Part shown: piece by piece, positions 43,105-52,697 of the stretch
How positions within the stretch are numbered: position 1 is the stretch's first letter
How the letters are laid out: each line of letters opens with the position of its first letter
Origin: an uncultured Candidatus Saccharibacteria bacterium
Lineage (GTDB): Bacteria; Patescibacteriota; Saccharimonadia; Saccharimonadales; JAGQNJ01
NCBI GenBank assembly: GCA_964584895.1
Contig: CAZPAW010000001.1
Location: forward strand, 109,343-173,342
Length of the DNA: 64,000 bases
Direction: 5' to 3'
Program-made: the position numbers and the translations under genes
Notes under the pieces: generated by a model
Database searches by the model: none
What the model saw: only the letters and a program-made list of their open reading frames with translations
What the model was told of the DNA's origin: nothing

Positions 43105-44625
43105 ATGAAGTTAAAATCTCACAAAAAAACGCGAAAAACCGTCGATTTAGGTTGGCTAAAAATACTAGATAACAGGATAATTCTCGGCTTACTAGGTGTT
43201 TTGTTGATTCTTGTGTCGGTCGGAAGCTTGTATTCGATGACTCTACCGTACAAATATTTAGGCGGTGACTCTATAGGACATATTGATTATGCCTGGCAAG
43301 TATATAATGGTCGTTTGCCGAAATTTAAAGAAGGAACCCAAACACCATTTATGCCACATCGGAATGTACAGTTTGTATCACAACACCCACCTCTGTACTA
43401 CACTCTAATCGGTCCGACCATTGGATACAATATTAGTAGAGACCATTTTAACCGAGCCATATTAAGTGCAAGATTCATAACGTTATTTTTTGCACTAGTA
43501 TCAGTTATTGCTTTGTCTTGGGCTGGCTGGGTCTTCGGTGGCGAAAAGAAAGCTTAGTTTGCAGTAGCTCTACCTGCTTTAATTATTTCGTTTGTGCCTT
43601 TTGTAAAAATATCCTCTTTGATAATGAATGACATTTTGGTGTTATTGGCTTCAGTTGTAAGCATGACACTGTCTGGTATTATCATACTTAAAGGACCTAA
43701 TACTAAATTAATAATATTATTGGCAATTTCTTGTTTGGTTGGTATGTCGTCAAGAGCTACATTTTTAGCGACATTAGTTCCGAGTGTTTTTGCCGTTATG
43801 GTTGGAGTGTGGTTAAATTCAAGCTATAGTTTTAAAAAACGCTTACAACAAGGTCTGACCAATGCTTCGATCATAATTATTGTAGTTTTGTCTGGAATAG
43901 GGTGGTTTTATTACAGAAATTACCAGATTAGTGGAAATTGGTATAGATCTGGTCCACAAGATTGGGTGAAAGCACAAGGAAGAGAATACAGACCATTTGA
44001 TTCGGTAGTCTCTAATGCGAAAACCTGGACATTGCTAGCTGATAATTTATATGGAGAGCCCTGGAAACCCATCAACAACTGGACAGGAGAATTGATATCT
44101 AACAATAGACTATCAATAACAGTGTTTATCGGTTCCGTTGGAATGGCTGGGGCCTGGGCGTATAAAAAACGAAGAAGTTTTGACATAAAAGAGAAAATTG
44201 TAGTACTAATATTTTCGACTCAAGTGGCTTTACTATGGATGCAACAAATTATTCATTCTACGGGATATGGAGCAATAAATGTTCGATACATAATACCGTC
44301 GTTGTTACCATTAGGTTTGATAATGTGTTACGGGCTCCTTAGTGTTAACAAATTGAGAGGATTGATGGTTGCTGGCATAGTTGGCCTAGGGCTAGTTTTA
44401 TCAATAATTAATTTGTCATGGATGTTTCGAAAAAGTGATTTTTCTTATTACACAGTTGGTAATGCGATAATTAGAGGGTTAAACCAAAACGATTTTAGTG
44501 AGTCATTACTTTATATTGCAGTATTGGCGATATTGATAGGTATTATGTTGATAACTGTTTCATTATGGAAACTATCAAAAGGAAAGCCCAGAAAGGATAT
44601 AATAGGCAGTATTGAAAGACATTAA
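43105..44625 (+). pseudogene. GT-C-like (ArnT/PMT-like) polytopic membrane glycosyltransferase interrupted by one in-frame TAG
   Basis: ORFs 43105..43557 (ATG at 43105, MKLKSHKK...) and 43594..44625 are in the same frame. They are separated only by the TAG at 43555-43557. The 12 codons after the stop (FAVALPALIISF) continue a hydrophobic helix. Confidence 0.55.
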
Positions 44626-46051
44626 ACATAAATTAATAGAAATAGTTATAAGTAAATACTTTCTAAGGATTGTAGTGGCATTATTTGCAATCCAGGCGGT
44701 TTTTTTCTCATTTTCAATTAAGTTCGGTATACCGCCAGACGAAGCCTATCACTACTCCTCAATCAAATACTATTCCAATCAGAGCATTACTGAAGGCCCG
44801 GTCATTAGTGAGCAGTCACCGGAATCGATACCTGAAATCAGAACTTTAAATCGAAGTGCTAGTTACCTATATCACTATCTATCTAGCTTTAGCCTGAGGA
44901 TTATAAAAAACTTTTCTGGGAATGTGGAAACGCAAGTTTTATTGCTCCGCTTGCAAAGCATAGTGTTTGCTGTTGCAACTATTCTTTTTCTTAAGAAATG
45001 CCTAGATGAAATCAGTGATAGTGAAGCTCTAAAAAATCTATCGATTATGTCGCTTACTTTTGTTGGTATGTTCGTCTGGATTGCCTCGTCCATAAATTAC
45101 GATAATCTGGCAAATCTACTGTTTTCGGTGTTCTTGCTTTATTCGATTAGGTATGTAAAACATAAAAAACCTCAAGACTTCATAATGTCTTATATATTCG
45201 GTTTGTTTACTTGTTTGACGAAGTATACTTTCATGCCAACAGTTGGTTTGGGGCTGTTGATTACAGGATATATTTTAATTCACAAGTACGTAAAAACTCC
45301 CCTAAAAGCTGACTTGAAAAAACATCTAAAATTATCCACAGGAACAATTTTAGTGATATTTTTTGCTTTTATTGGAACGGCCATGGCAATTGAACGTTTT
45401 GGTTTTAATTTTGTTAAATATGGAAACATCCAGCCGAGTTGCGTAAAGCTCTTCACAAGAGAAGAGTGTGTAACTAATGCTCTTTATGCCAGAAATTACA
45501 ATCAAAAAGATATTTTTAATAATGTTGATAAAACAAACTTTATAAATAAAGAGAATCCTTTCACTCACAGCGGTATGTGGACCTACAGTATGTATAACAA
45601 CCTATTCTTTTACCTTGGTCACAAAAAAATAATGAGCACCACTACTAGTGAGTTTATCGCAGCTATCAGTGCTATGGCGTTTATTGGCACTATTTTTTTG
45701 CCCAGAGCAAGGCTGTTTAGAAAATTCCACCAATACTACTTGTATCTACTCGTGTTTGCTTATATAGCGGTTTTGTATCTTTTCAACCTAATTACTTTAC
45801 TGAACTACGGTAAACGTTTTGCATATCAAGGCAGGTATCTAATCCCAGTTATAGTATTTGTTTTCTTTATAGCAGGTTTAATTATTGTGAGAACGAGCCA
45901 GAAACTACCAAAAAACAAAAAGGACATTTTTCTATTAACTTGGTTGGTAATTATGATACTTCTATTTGTAACTCATTTGCCAATAATTACATTCATAAGA
46001 GGAGTTAATAGTGGCTGGTATTCGGCTTCATATATAAACTTAATTAACTGA
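44612..46051 (+). CDS. polytopic membrane protein, GT-C-like glycosyltransferase (paralog of 54130..55632)
   Basis: 479 aa with ~11 hydrophobic segments. It shares with 54130..55632 the motifs PPDEAYHY/FDEYVHF, SYLYHYLSSFSLRII/SYLYSYLLSFSFRLI and INYDNLANL/INYDNLMFL. The start codon is TTG. Confidence 0.5.
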   Translation: MKDIKHKLIEIVISKYFLRIVVALFAIQAVFFSFSIKFGIPPDEAYHYSSIKYYSNQSITEGPVISEQSPESIPEIRTLNRSASYLYHYLSSFSLRIIKNFSGNVETQVLLLRLQSIVFAVATILFLKKCLDEISDSEALKNLSIMSLTFVGMFVWIASSINYDNLANLLFSVFLLYSIRYVKHKKPQDFIMSYIFGLFTCLTKYTFMPTVGLGLLITGYILIHKYVKTPLKADLKKHLKLSTGTILVIFFAFIGTAMAIERFGFNFVKYGNIQPSCVKLFTREECVTNALYARNYNQKDIFNNVDKTNFINKENPFTHSGMWTYSMYNNLFFYLGHKKIMSTTTSEFIAAISAMAFIGTIFLPRARLFRKFHQYYLYLLVFAYIAVLYLFNLITLLNYGKRFAYQGRYLIPVIVFVFFIAGLIIVRTSQKLPKNKKDIFLLTWLVIMILLFVTHLPIITFIRGVNSGWYSASYINLIN

Positions 46052-48031
46052 GTTAAGATTTTTATATATGAAGACATTTGATTTGCTGCCTTCTGGTTTC
46101 GGAATTTCGTACAGGCAAGGCAAGTTTTGAGTTAATCGGTGATCGGATAATATATAATCAGCAGATTCAAGTATTTTTGATGAGCAATCTTTTATGTTTA
46201 TAACAATTAGGTTCCCCTGGGGGAGGGCTATCTCAGGAGCATCTTTAGAAGAAATAAAATTTATGTGAGCTTTTCTGTTGAAGTTATATTCATTGCTTGC
46301 TCCAAACTTATTGATCCAATAGTCTTTATCGGGGTAAAGTTGAACTCCCCCAAGCAAGTCATTGCTAGCAAGCAGTGGCATGTGCTCGTAATATATGCTA
46401 CCGATAACTAACCAAGAATCCTTATCATCCGAAATATTATTAATCGTATCTATGATTTCAGATTTATATAATGGACCTAGTCCAACTTGGAGTGGCATTA
46501 TCCTAAAGCTGCTGAATAAAGAGAATGCCAAAACCGATAGAGCTGCCATAAAATTTTTACCGATAGATAGGAAGAAGATAAATACGGATACCATAGTTAC
46601 GAGTATTAAAAGTTCGTAATTATGTTGTAAAAATAAAGGATAAGATTTTTTTACCCCAAATCCAACGTATGAGAGTACAAGAAAAACCAACGATGTATAG
46701 ACTAGAGCAAACTTTATGTATTGTTTTTTGGCGATTTTTAGCGTGTTAGTTTTTTCAATAAAGTGAATGAGCATTAAGAATCCCAAGAAACCCATCGCAA
46801 TTAGCAATCTTCCATGGGGGACTTTATCTAGGAGCAATAACTTGTATACTTTATCGCCAATAGGAATATACATTCTAGCGAAAATCAATGCTGAACAACT
46901 AATTAGTGCCACTAATTGCCAATCAATCTTTCTTTTCTTTTTATATTCGATAAACGAAACCCAAATTAATGGTATTAATAATATGGGTGCGCTAATAATA
47001 AAGTTGGAAACCTCGCTTTGATTGGAATAATAGTTAGAACCTCGGTAGTCACTCTGAACAAGCGGCATTAAGAAACCTCCTAAAGCCGTAAGAGGAGTTT
47101 GACCGCCACTTACTACATTTCTATCGCCTGGGTAAATCGACTCATTCATTTTACTTATTGCATCATTATGACTATAAATAAAAGCAACGCCTGTTAGTGC
47201 GACAATTAGTAAAGAGATAAGCACAGGAACTAACTTAGTTAATACGGCTTTTAGAGTAATTTTTTTGGTCGTGAAATAATATATAAGGTAACCTAAACAA
47301 TAAAACGCAATAACAACAGCTATAGATATCTGGAAGGGTGGATATAAAATAAAACTGAACCAAATTAAAAGAAATGCTAGCCATAGGATTGATAGTGTCT
47401 TGGATAAAGCAACATTATTAACTCGTTTTATTTGACAGCCGTTAATAATTTGCATAAAAGCCAAAATTATAAAGAATCCAAGTCCAATTAATCCTAAGAC
47501 CGGGGATTGGTACCACCAAAGTACGAAAGGACTTATTGTGAAGGTAACGCTCAATATGGCGGATAATAGATATTTTCCACCTAGTAGTTTTGTAGCGAAT
47601 AAATATGCTCCAATAATTAACATGTAGGCCAAGAACCACCATTTAAGAGCGAAGGCGTATTCTAGAGGTAAAATAAAGAATCCCCAGTTGTGGGGTTTGA
47701 ATACTGCCGACCAATCTTTTGAAGGTATTTCAAAATGTAGAGCCAAGTCACGTCCCCTGCCTAGGTCTTCATTAAAACGAGGAAATCCATTTTTTGATTG
47801 AGACATGGTTAATTGGGTCCACACCAACCATTCATCTGAACGGACTGCTTGGGAGCGACCATATAGCACGGGGGATTTTTCGTTCTGGCTATCTAGAAGA
47901 ATTCTTTGATATACGCCAATCGAACTACCACTAATTTTAAAAGTCACGAGAATCGTAAAAATAACCAACAATAACAGAGGGAAGAGCCAAACGGATTTAC
48001 GCAGTTGTTTGGTCAATAATTTGAAATCCAT
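46040..48031 (-). CDS. large polytopic membrane protein, possible YfhO/GT-C-type extracytoplasmic glycosyltransferase
   Basis: 663 aa with more than 12 hydrophobic segments followed by a ~130-aa C-terminal soluble domain. No motif-level identification. Confidence 0.35.
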   Translation of the reverse strand: MDFKLLTKQLRKSVWLFPLLLLVIFTILVTFKISGSSIGVYQRILLDSQNEKSPVLYGRSQAVRSDEWLVWTQLTMSQSKNGFPRFNEDLGRGRDLALHFEIPSKDWSAVFKPHNWGFFILPLEYAFALKWWFLAYMLIIGAYLFATKLLGGKYLLSAILSVTFTISPFVLWWYQSPVLGLIGLGFFIILAFMQIINGCQIKRVNNVALSKTLSILWLAFLLIWFSFILYPPFQISIAVVIAFYCLGYLIYYFTTKKITLKAVLTKLVPVLISLLIVALTGVAFIYSHNDAISKMNESIYPGDRNVVSGGQTPLTALGGFLMPLVQSDYRGSNYYSNQSEVSNFIISAPILLIPLIWVSFIEYKKKRKIDWQLVALISCSALIFARMYIPIGDKVYKLLLLDKVPHGRLLIAMGFLGFLMLIHFIEKTNTLKIAKKQYIKFALVYTSLVFLVLSYVGFGVKKSYPLFLQHNYELLILVTMVSVFIFFLSIGKNFMAALSVLAFSLFSSFRIMPLQVGLGPLYKSEIIDTINNISDDKDSWLVIGSIYYEHMPLLASNDLLGGVQLYPDKDYWINKFGASNEYNFNRKAHINFISSKDAPEIALPQGNLIVINIKDCSSKILESADYILSDHRLTQNLPCLYEIPKPEGSKSNVFIYKNLNSVN

Positions 48032-48149
48032 TAACTACCATTATAGACATAAAGACTGCGAAAAATCGGCAATTTTGATAATATTAGGTGACTTTCCTTT
48101 TAAGCAGATATACTGGAGGGTATAAACTACTAAAGTAAGATGAGGATAT

Positions 48150-49238
48150 ATGAAAAAAGTTAAAAGAATATTGCAAAAAATACTTGGAATAAAACTAGTT
48201 CGCCAATTAATGAGGTCGATTAATCTTACGATTGCCAGAATTTTTAGTTCGACTTACTTTTTAAGTGTACCGTTTCATTGGCTGATGTTTTTTACATTCA
48301 TGAGAGAGGAAAGAGCAGTATTAAAAGGTAAAAAGAACTATTACATTAATCTGAAACAGGCTAACGCTAAATCTAGAATTGCTTTGAGGCGCAATATACA
48401 CCGTTTGGAAAAAGCATTAATAATGCGCCCGCGTTGGCCTACTTTTGGTCAAGAAATTATTCTCGAAACAGTAGAATTATATGTCGTTTCGGTGAATCAA
48501 TGGCAATCTGACCCGAAATCTTATGATGAATCAGAGCTTAACTGGGCAAATAATGTTTTAGTTCAGTATTTTGGTGCAGTTAAAAAGCCTACAGAGAAAA
48601 TCAATAAAGCTAGAGAACTATTTGAAGAACAAAAATATTTGCCGGTTAAAACAAATATTGCTCCATTTAAAAGAAGTAGACCAAATAATTTGCCTACGTA
48701 TGAACAAATGTTGTCATTAAGCATGTATCGTAGATCTGCACGATGGTTCTTAAAAAAGAAAGTTGCAAGAAAAGATATTGATGAAGCATTGCTAGTGGCA
48801 AGGCAATCTCCAACTGCTTGTAATCGATTGCCGTATGAGTATAGAATTTTTGATGATCCGAAATTAGCAAAAATTGTAACCAATACACCTTTTGGAACGG
48901 CCGGCTATGCTGATAATGTACCTGTTGTTGCGGTTTTAGTAGGGAAACTAGATTCATACTTTAGTACACGTGATAGACACGCTATATATGTTGACTCTTC
49001 TTTATCAGCGATGAGCTTTGCTTTTGCGCTCGAGACTAAAGGTATTTCTACCTGCATGATTAATTGGCCAGATTTTGAACCATTGGAGGCTAAAATGCAA
49101 AAATTGTTAGGCTTAAGATTTGATGAGCGACCAATAATGTTAATCGCGATTGGTTATGCTGATCCGAAAGCAGAAGTACCGTACTCGCAGAAAAAATCCC
49201 TAGACGTGATAAGAAGTTACAACAAGATAAGTCAATGA
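48150..49238 (+). CDS. nitroreductase-family protein with ~170-aa N-terminal extension
   Basis: 362 aa: RRSARWFLKKKVARKDIDEALLVARQSPTACNRLPYEYRIF...VDSSLSAMSFAFALETKGISTCMI...LIAIGYAD. Confidence 0.65.
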   Translation: MKKVKRILQKILGIKLVRQLMRSINLTIARIFSSTYFLSVPFHWLMFFTFMREERAVLKGKKNYYINLKQANAKSRIALRRNIHRLEKALIMRPRWPTFGQEIILETVELYVVSVNQWQSDPKSYDESELNWANNVLVQYFGAVKKPTEKINKARELFEEQKYLPVKTNIAPFKRSRPNNLPTYEQMLSLSMYRRSARWFLKKKVARKDIDEALLVARQSPTACNRLPYEYRIFDDPKLAKIVTNTPFGTAGYADNVPVVAVLVGKLDSYFSTRDRHAIYVDSSLSAMSFAFALETKGISTCMINWPDFEPLEAKMQKLLGLRFDERPIMLIAIGYADPKAEVPYSQKKSLDVIRSYNKISQ

Positions 49239-50155
49239 AAAAACAAAGGCTACGAACTGCTCTAGCTTGGTTAGTTATATTGCTGGCGACATTCTTTTTT
49301 GGAAGAGCACTTGTCCGGAATTGGGCTAATCTACAAACAATAGATTTTTCAGTAAATATTTATTCGTTTATTGGGCTAGTCATGTTAGTTGTAGCAGTAT
49401 TGTATTCGGGACTATTATGGGGCGCTATACTCAAGAAGCTGAATATTGTTATTAGTAAAAAGGAAGCTTTGGCGGTGCATACCTCGTCATGGTTATTAAA
49501 ATATATACCTGGACAAGCTGGTTCTTATGTTAATAAGGTCGCATGGGGTACTAAGAACGGCCACAGCAAAAAGGTCCTGTCGATTTCGTTTATGTACGAG
49601 AATATCTTCTTGCTCTTAGCTTCGTTGTTGCTATCCTTACCTGTAATAGGTTTATTTTTTAATGACGTATCTAACAATATATCTATGTTCACGCCGCTAC
49701 TACTGGGCCTGCTTGCTATACCACTACTCAGTAAGCGAGCTTTCTACAAGATATTCAACACAGTTCTAAAAAAAGTTCGTAATCAAACAATTGGTCAAGA
49801 ATATTTCTTTGACTCTAAGACTCTAATAATATTTGTGGTTAAGTTTTTAATCCCTAGGATAATCACAGCAGTAGCATTTGTGTTTATTGCAGCATCTATA
49901 TTACCGGTTACGCCTGATATGTATATTGGATTAGGATCGATATATACCTTGGCTGGGATTATTGGAATAATGGCAATTTTTGTCCCGAGTGGACTGGGGG
50001 TTAGGGAGGCTGTGATTGTTGCTTTTGCAAGTAATTACTTTTCTACGGAAGAGGCTATTGCATTGGCGTTGTTAGCTAGATTGTATGCTACGGTTGCGGA
50101 TGGAATCCTAGCGATTATCTATTTAATACTAAAAACTAAAGGAGTAAGTAAGTGA
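49235..50155 (+). CDS. flippase-like membrane protein (LPG-synthase-TM / UPF0104 type)
   Basis: 306 aa with 7-8 helices and the family-typical FVPSGLGVREAV motif. A 4-bp overlap with the nitroreductase gene is present. Confidence 0.55.
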   Translation: MKKQRLRTALAWLVILLATFFFGRALVRNWANLQTIDFSVNIYSFIGLVMLVVAVLYSGLLWGAILKKLNIVISKKEALAVHTSSWLLKYIPGQAGSYVNKVAWGTKNGHSKKVLSISFMYENIFLLLASLLLSLPVIGLFFNDVSNNISMFTPLLLGLLAIPLLSKRAFYKIFNTVLKKVRNQTIGQEYFFDSKTLIIFVVKFLIPRIITAVAFVFIAASILPVTPDMYIGLGSIYTLAGIIGIMAIFVPSGLGVREAVIVAFASNYFSTEEAIALALLARLYATVADGILAIIYLILKTKGVSK

Positions 50156-51369
50156 AGTATGTAATTGGCGGTTCGGCAGCATTATACGGTAATAAAGGTG
50201 CTGCAGCGATGCTTGAAGCATCTGTCCAGCAAGTAAGTGAAAAGGATAAGAACGCCGAGTTTGTTGTTTTTAGCCTATATCCTGAGAATGATAAAAAACA
50301 AAATAAATATAAGAATCTCAGTGTTCTATCGACAAAGCCAATTTACTTAGCGTTGGTGGTAAATACGTTGGCACTGTTACACAAAATACTAATCCCGCTT
50401 AGACCGTTAATTAGAAAAAATGATCATATTAAAGCGTTGTACGATTGCGATGTCTATCTGGATGAGCCTGGGATAAGCTTTGTTGACGGCAGGGAAAAGT
50501 TCTTGATATTCAATGTCGCCAGTATTTTACCGCCAATACTCATGAATAAAAAGATTGTTAAATGCGCACAAGCAATGGGGCCGTTTAATAATCCGATAAA
50601 CAGATTCTTTTCAAAACTCCTTCTTCCTAGAGTTAGCCATATCATGGCTAGGGGATCTCAAACAAACAAATATTTAAAAGTACTAAATCTTAATAATGTT
50701 ACCCCTGCATCGGATTATGCATTTTTACTAAAAATAACAGAATCTGAGAAAAAGATTGCAAAAAAAATTCTTTTAAAGTCAAAGTTGTCTTCAACAACAA
50801 ACAAAGATTATGTGATTATTTGCCCTAGCCGAGTAGTTGAAAAAAAATGTGATAAGTTGGGAGTTAATTACTCCGAGGTAATTGCTGATTTTATAAATGT
50901 CAAAAATCGATATAATCAAAAATTTATAATTATGGCTCATGCGGCGAGGGAGGGGTCTGAAAAGCAACACAATAATGACTTACCTTTATGTAATAAGATC
51001 TTTGAATTAGTTGAAGATAAGAATAAAACAGTATTCCTTGACCAAGAGATTTCTGCTCAAGCCCAGCGCTATATAATCTCGACCTCATCGGCTTGTTTGG
51101 TGTCTAGATTTCATGCTATGATCGCGAGTTTGTCTGTGGGTGTGCCGGTAGGGGTAATTGGCTGGAGTCATAAATATAAAGAGATTTTGTCTCAATTTGG
51201 TCTAGAGAGGTATGCAATTGATCTGAAGAAGCTTAATGAGGATAGTCTAGACAAGTTATATAATATGACTAAGAAAGACAAAGTAAAAATTAAGTCGCTA
51301 ATCGACAGCAACATAGAATATGTTAAAAAAGAATCTCTAAAAAACACTCACGCAATAATTGCGGTATAA
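50152..51369 (+). CDS. polysaccharide pyruvyl transferase family protein
   Basis: 405 aa: IGGSAALYGNKGAAAMLEA at the N-terminus and SRFHAMIASLSVGVPVGVIGWSHKYKE near the C-terminus. The GTG start overlaps the previous stop. Confidence 0.55.
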   Translation: MKYVIGGSAALYGNKGAAAMLEASVQQVSEKDKNAEFVVFSLYPENDKKQNKYKNLSVLSTKPIYLALVVNTLALLHKILIPLRPLIRKNDHIKALYDCDVYLDEPGISFVDGREKFLIFNVASILPPILMNKKIVKCAQAMGPFNNPINRFFSKLLLPRVSHIMARGSQTNKYLKVLNLNNVTPASDYAFLLKITESEKKIAKKILLKSKLSSTTNKDYVIICPSRVVEKKCDKLGVNYSEVIADFINVKNRYNQKFIIMAHAAREGSEKQHNNDLPLCNKIFELVEDKNKTVFLDQEISAQAQRYIISTSSACLVSRFHAMIASLSVGVPVGVIGWSHKYKEILSQFGLERYAIDLKKLNEDSLDKLYNMTKKDKVKIKSLIDSNIEYVKKESLKNTHAIIAV

Positions 51370-51411
51370 TAAACATACAAGTATTTAATTCTTTAAAGGA
51401 ACAGCATCAAT

Positions 51412-51732
51412 ATGACGAAAAAACCAGCTAATCTAAAGAAAAACAAACTGTCAGTACTGTTGATAGTTAGCATAATGATGGCAGTGATTTGCGGTTACTT
51501 AATATGGAGAATTATATCAAGGAACCAGACGATCATTTTATATAAAGATACAAATAATACATGTTATTTCGAAGAAGGTGGTCTTGTTTCGTCGACTAAG
51601 GTATCGCGAAATATTGTAAAGGTAGAGATCCCGAAGAAAGAGCTAACGGCTTATTACGCGGAAATAGCGGCAAATAATTATTGTGTTTTTGAGGATATTA
51701 ATCTTAATATACCCGTAGTAATTAGCAACTAA
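51412..51732 (+). CDS. small N-terminally anchored protein, unknown function
   Basis: 106 aa with a TM (LSVLLIVSIMMAVICGYLIWRII) and two Cys in the soluble part. Confidence 0.4.
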   Translation: MTKKPANLKKNKLSVLLIVSIMMAVICGYLIWRIISRNQTIILYKDTNNTCYFEEGGLVSSTKVSRNIVKVEIPKKELTAYYAEIAANNYCVFEDINLNIPVVISN

Positions 51733-51740
51733 GACCAATA

Positions 51741-52691
51741 TTAGTTTTTGTTTTTGTATTGAAGTTCTTTTATGCGTTCTAGACTGTCTTCGAGTAGTGT
51801 GCGGTTTGTGTGAGTTAGATCTGCGATAACCGTTAGAGCGAAGGCGATCATAGATGCAAAGATAAGCACGGCTCCTAAAAGCAGTGATTGAATATGATCT
51901 CCACCATGGTTACCCATCAAGTAAATAACTCCATATCTAATGAAGGGAATAAGACCTACGATTAAAAGAATACTACCCATTGTGATAAAAATAAGATGTG
52001 GTCGATACATGATATAGCTACGGGCGATAGCAGAACCTGATTTGTACATATGTTGCCACATATTTTTGAATAGTCTTGATTCGCGTGTTTTAGGATTAGT
52101 TTTGATTTTTACGCTAGTAATAGGGATACGTTTATTGCCGGCCTGAATTATTGTCTCCATACAGTAGCTGAATTGAGTAACGATATTGAGCCTAAGAAGT
52201 GAGCTTTTAGAATATGCTCTAAAGCCGCTGGCTGCATCTGGCAAGCTAGTGCCTGCTGCTTTATTGACCACGCTACTGCCGATGCGCTGGAATAGTTTTT
52301 TAATAGGCGAGAAATGCTCTATAGTCGAAGTTTGACGATCTCCAATAACAATTTCTGCTTTGCCATCCAAAATTGGTTGGACCAGATTGCCAATTTGTTC
52401 TTGGGGATATTGATTGTCGCCATCAGTATTGACAACAATATCCGCACCAATACGTAGGGCGTAATTAACACCATCGTGGAATGAGCGAGCCAGTCCCATA
52501 TTCTTTGAGTGTTTTACGAAGTGTTTTACGCCGTGTTTTTTTGCTATTTTGATCGTATTATCAGTTGAGCCGTCGTCAATAATGAGGGTGATAATTTCAT
52601 CAATTCCGGCAATTTTTTTCGGTATAGAATCAAGTACTGTTGCTAAAGTGCCTTCTTCGTTTAGGCAGGGAATTTGTACGACTAATTTCAT
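51741..52691 (-). CDS. GT2 polyprenyl-phosphate glycosyltransferase (GtrB/CsbB/DPM1-like) with two C-terminal TM helices
   Basis: 316 aa: KLVVQIPCLNEEGTL...LIIDDGSTDNT...VVNTDGDNQYP. The C-terminal hydrophobic pair is typical of the lipid-carrier-charging subgroup. Confidence 0.75.
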   Translation of the reverse strand: MKLVVQIPCLNEEGTLATVLDSIPKKIAGIDEIITLIIDDGSTDNTIKIAKKHGVKHFVKHSKNMGLARSFHDGVNYALRIGADIVVNTDGDNQYPQEQIGNLVQPILDGKAEIVIGDRQTSTIEHFSPIKKLFQRIGSSVVNKAAGTSLPDAASGFRAYSKSSLLRLNIVTQFSYCMETIIQAGNKRIPITSVKIKTNPKTRESRLFKNMWQHMYKSGSAIARSYIMYRPHLIFITMGSILLIVGLIPFIRYGVIYLMGNHGGDHIQSLLLGAVLIFASMIAFALTVIADLTHTNRTLLEDSLERIKELQYKNKN

Positions 52692-52697
52692 GATGCT

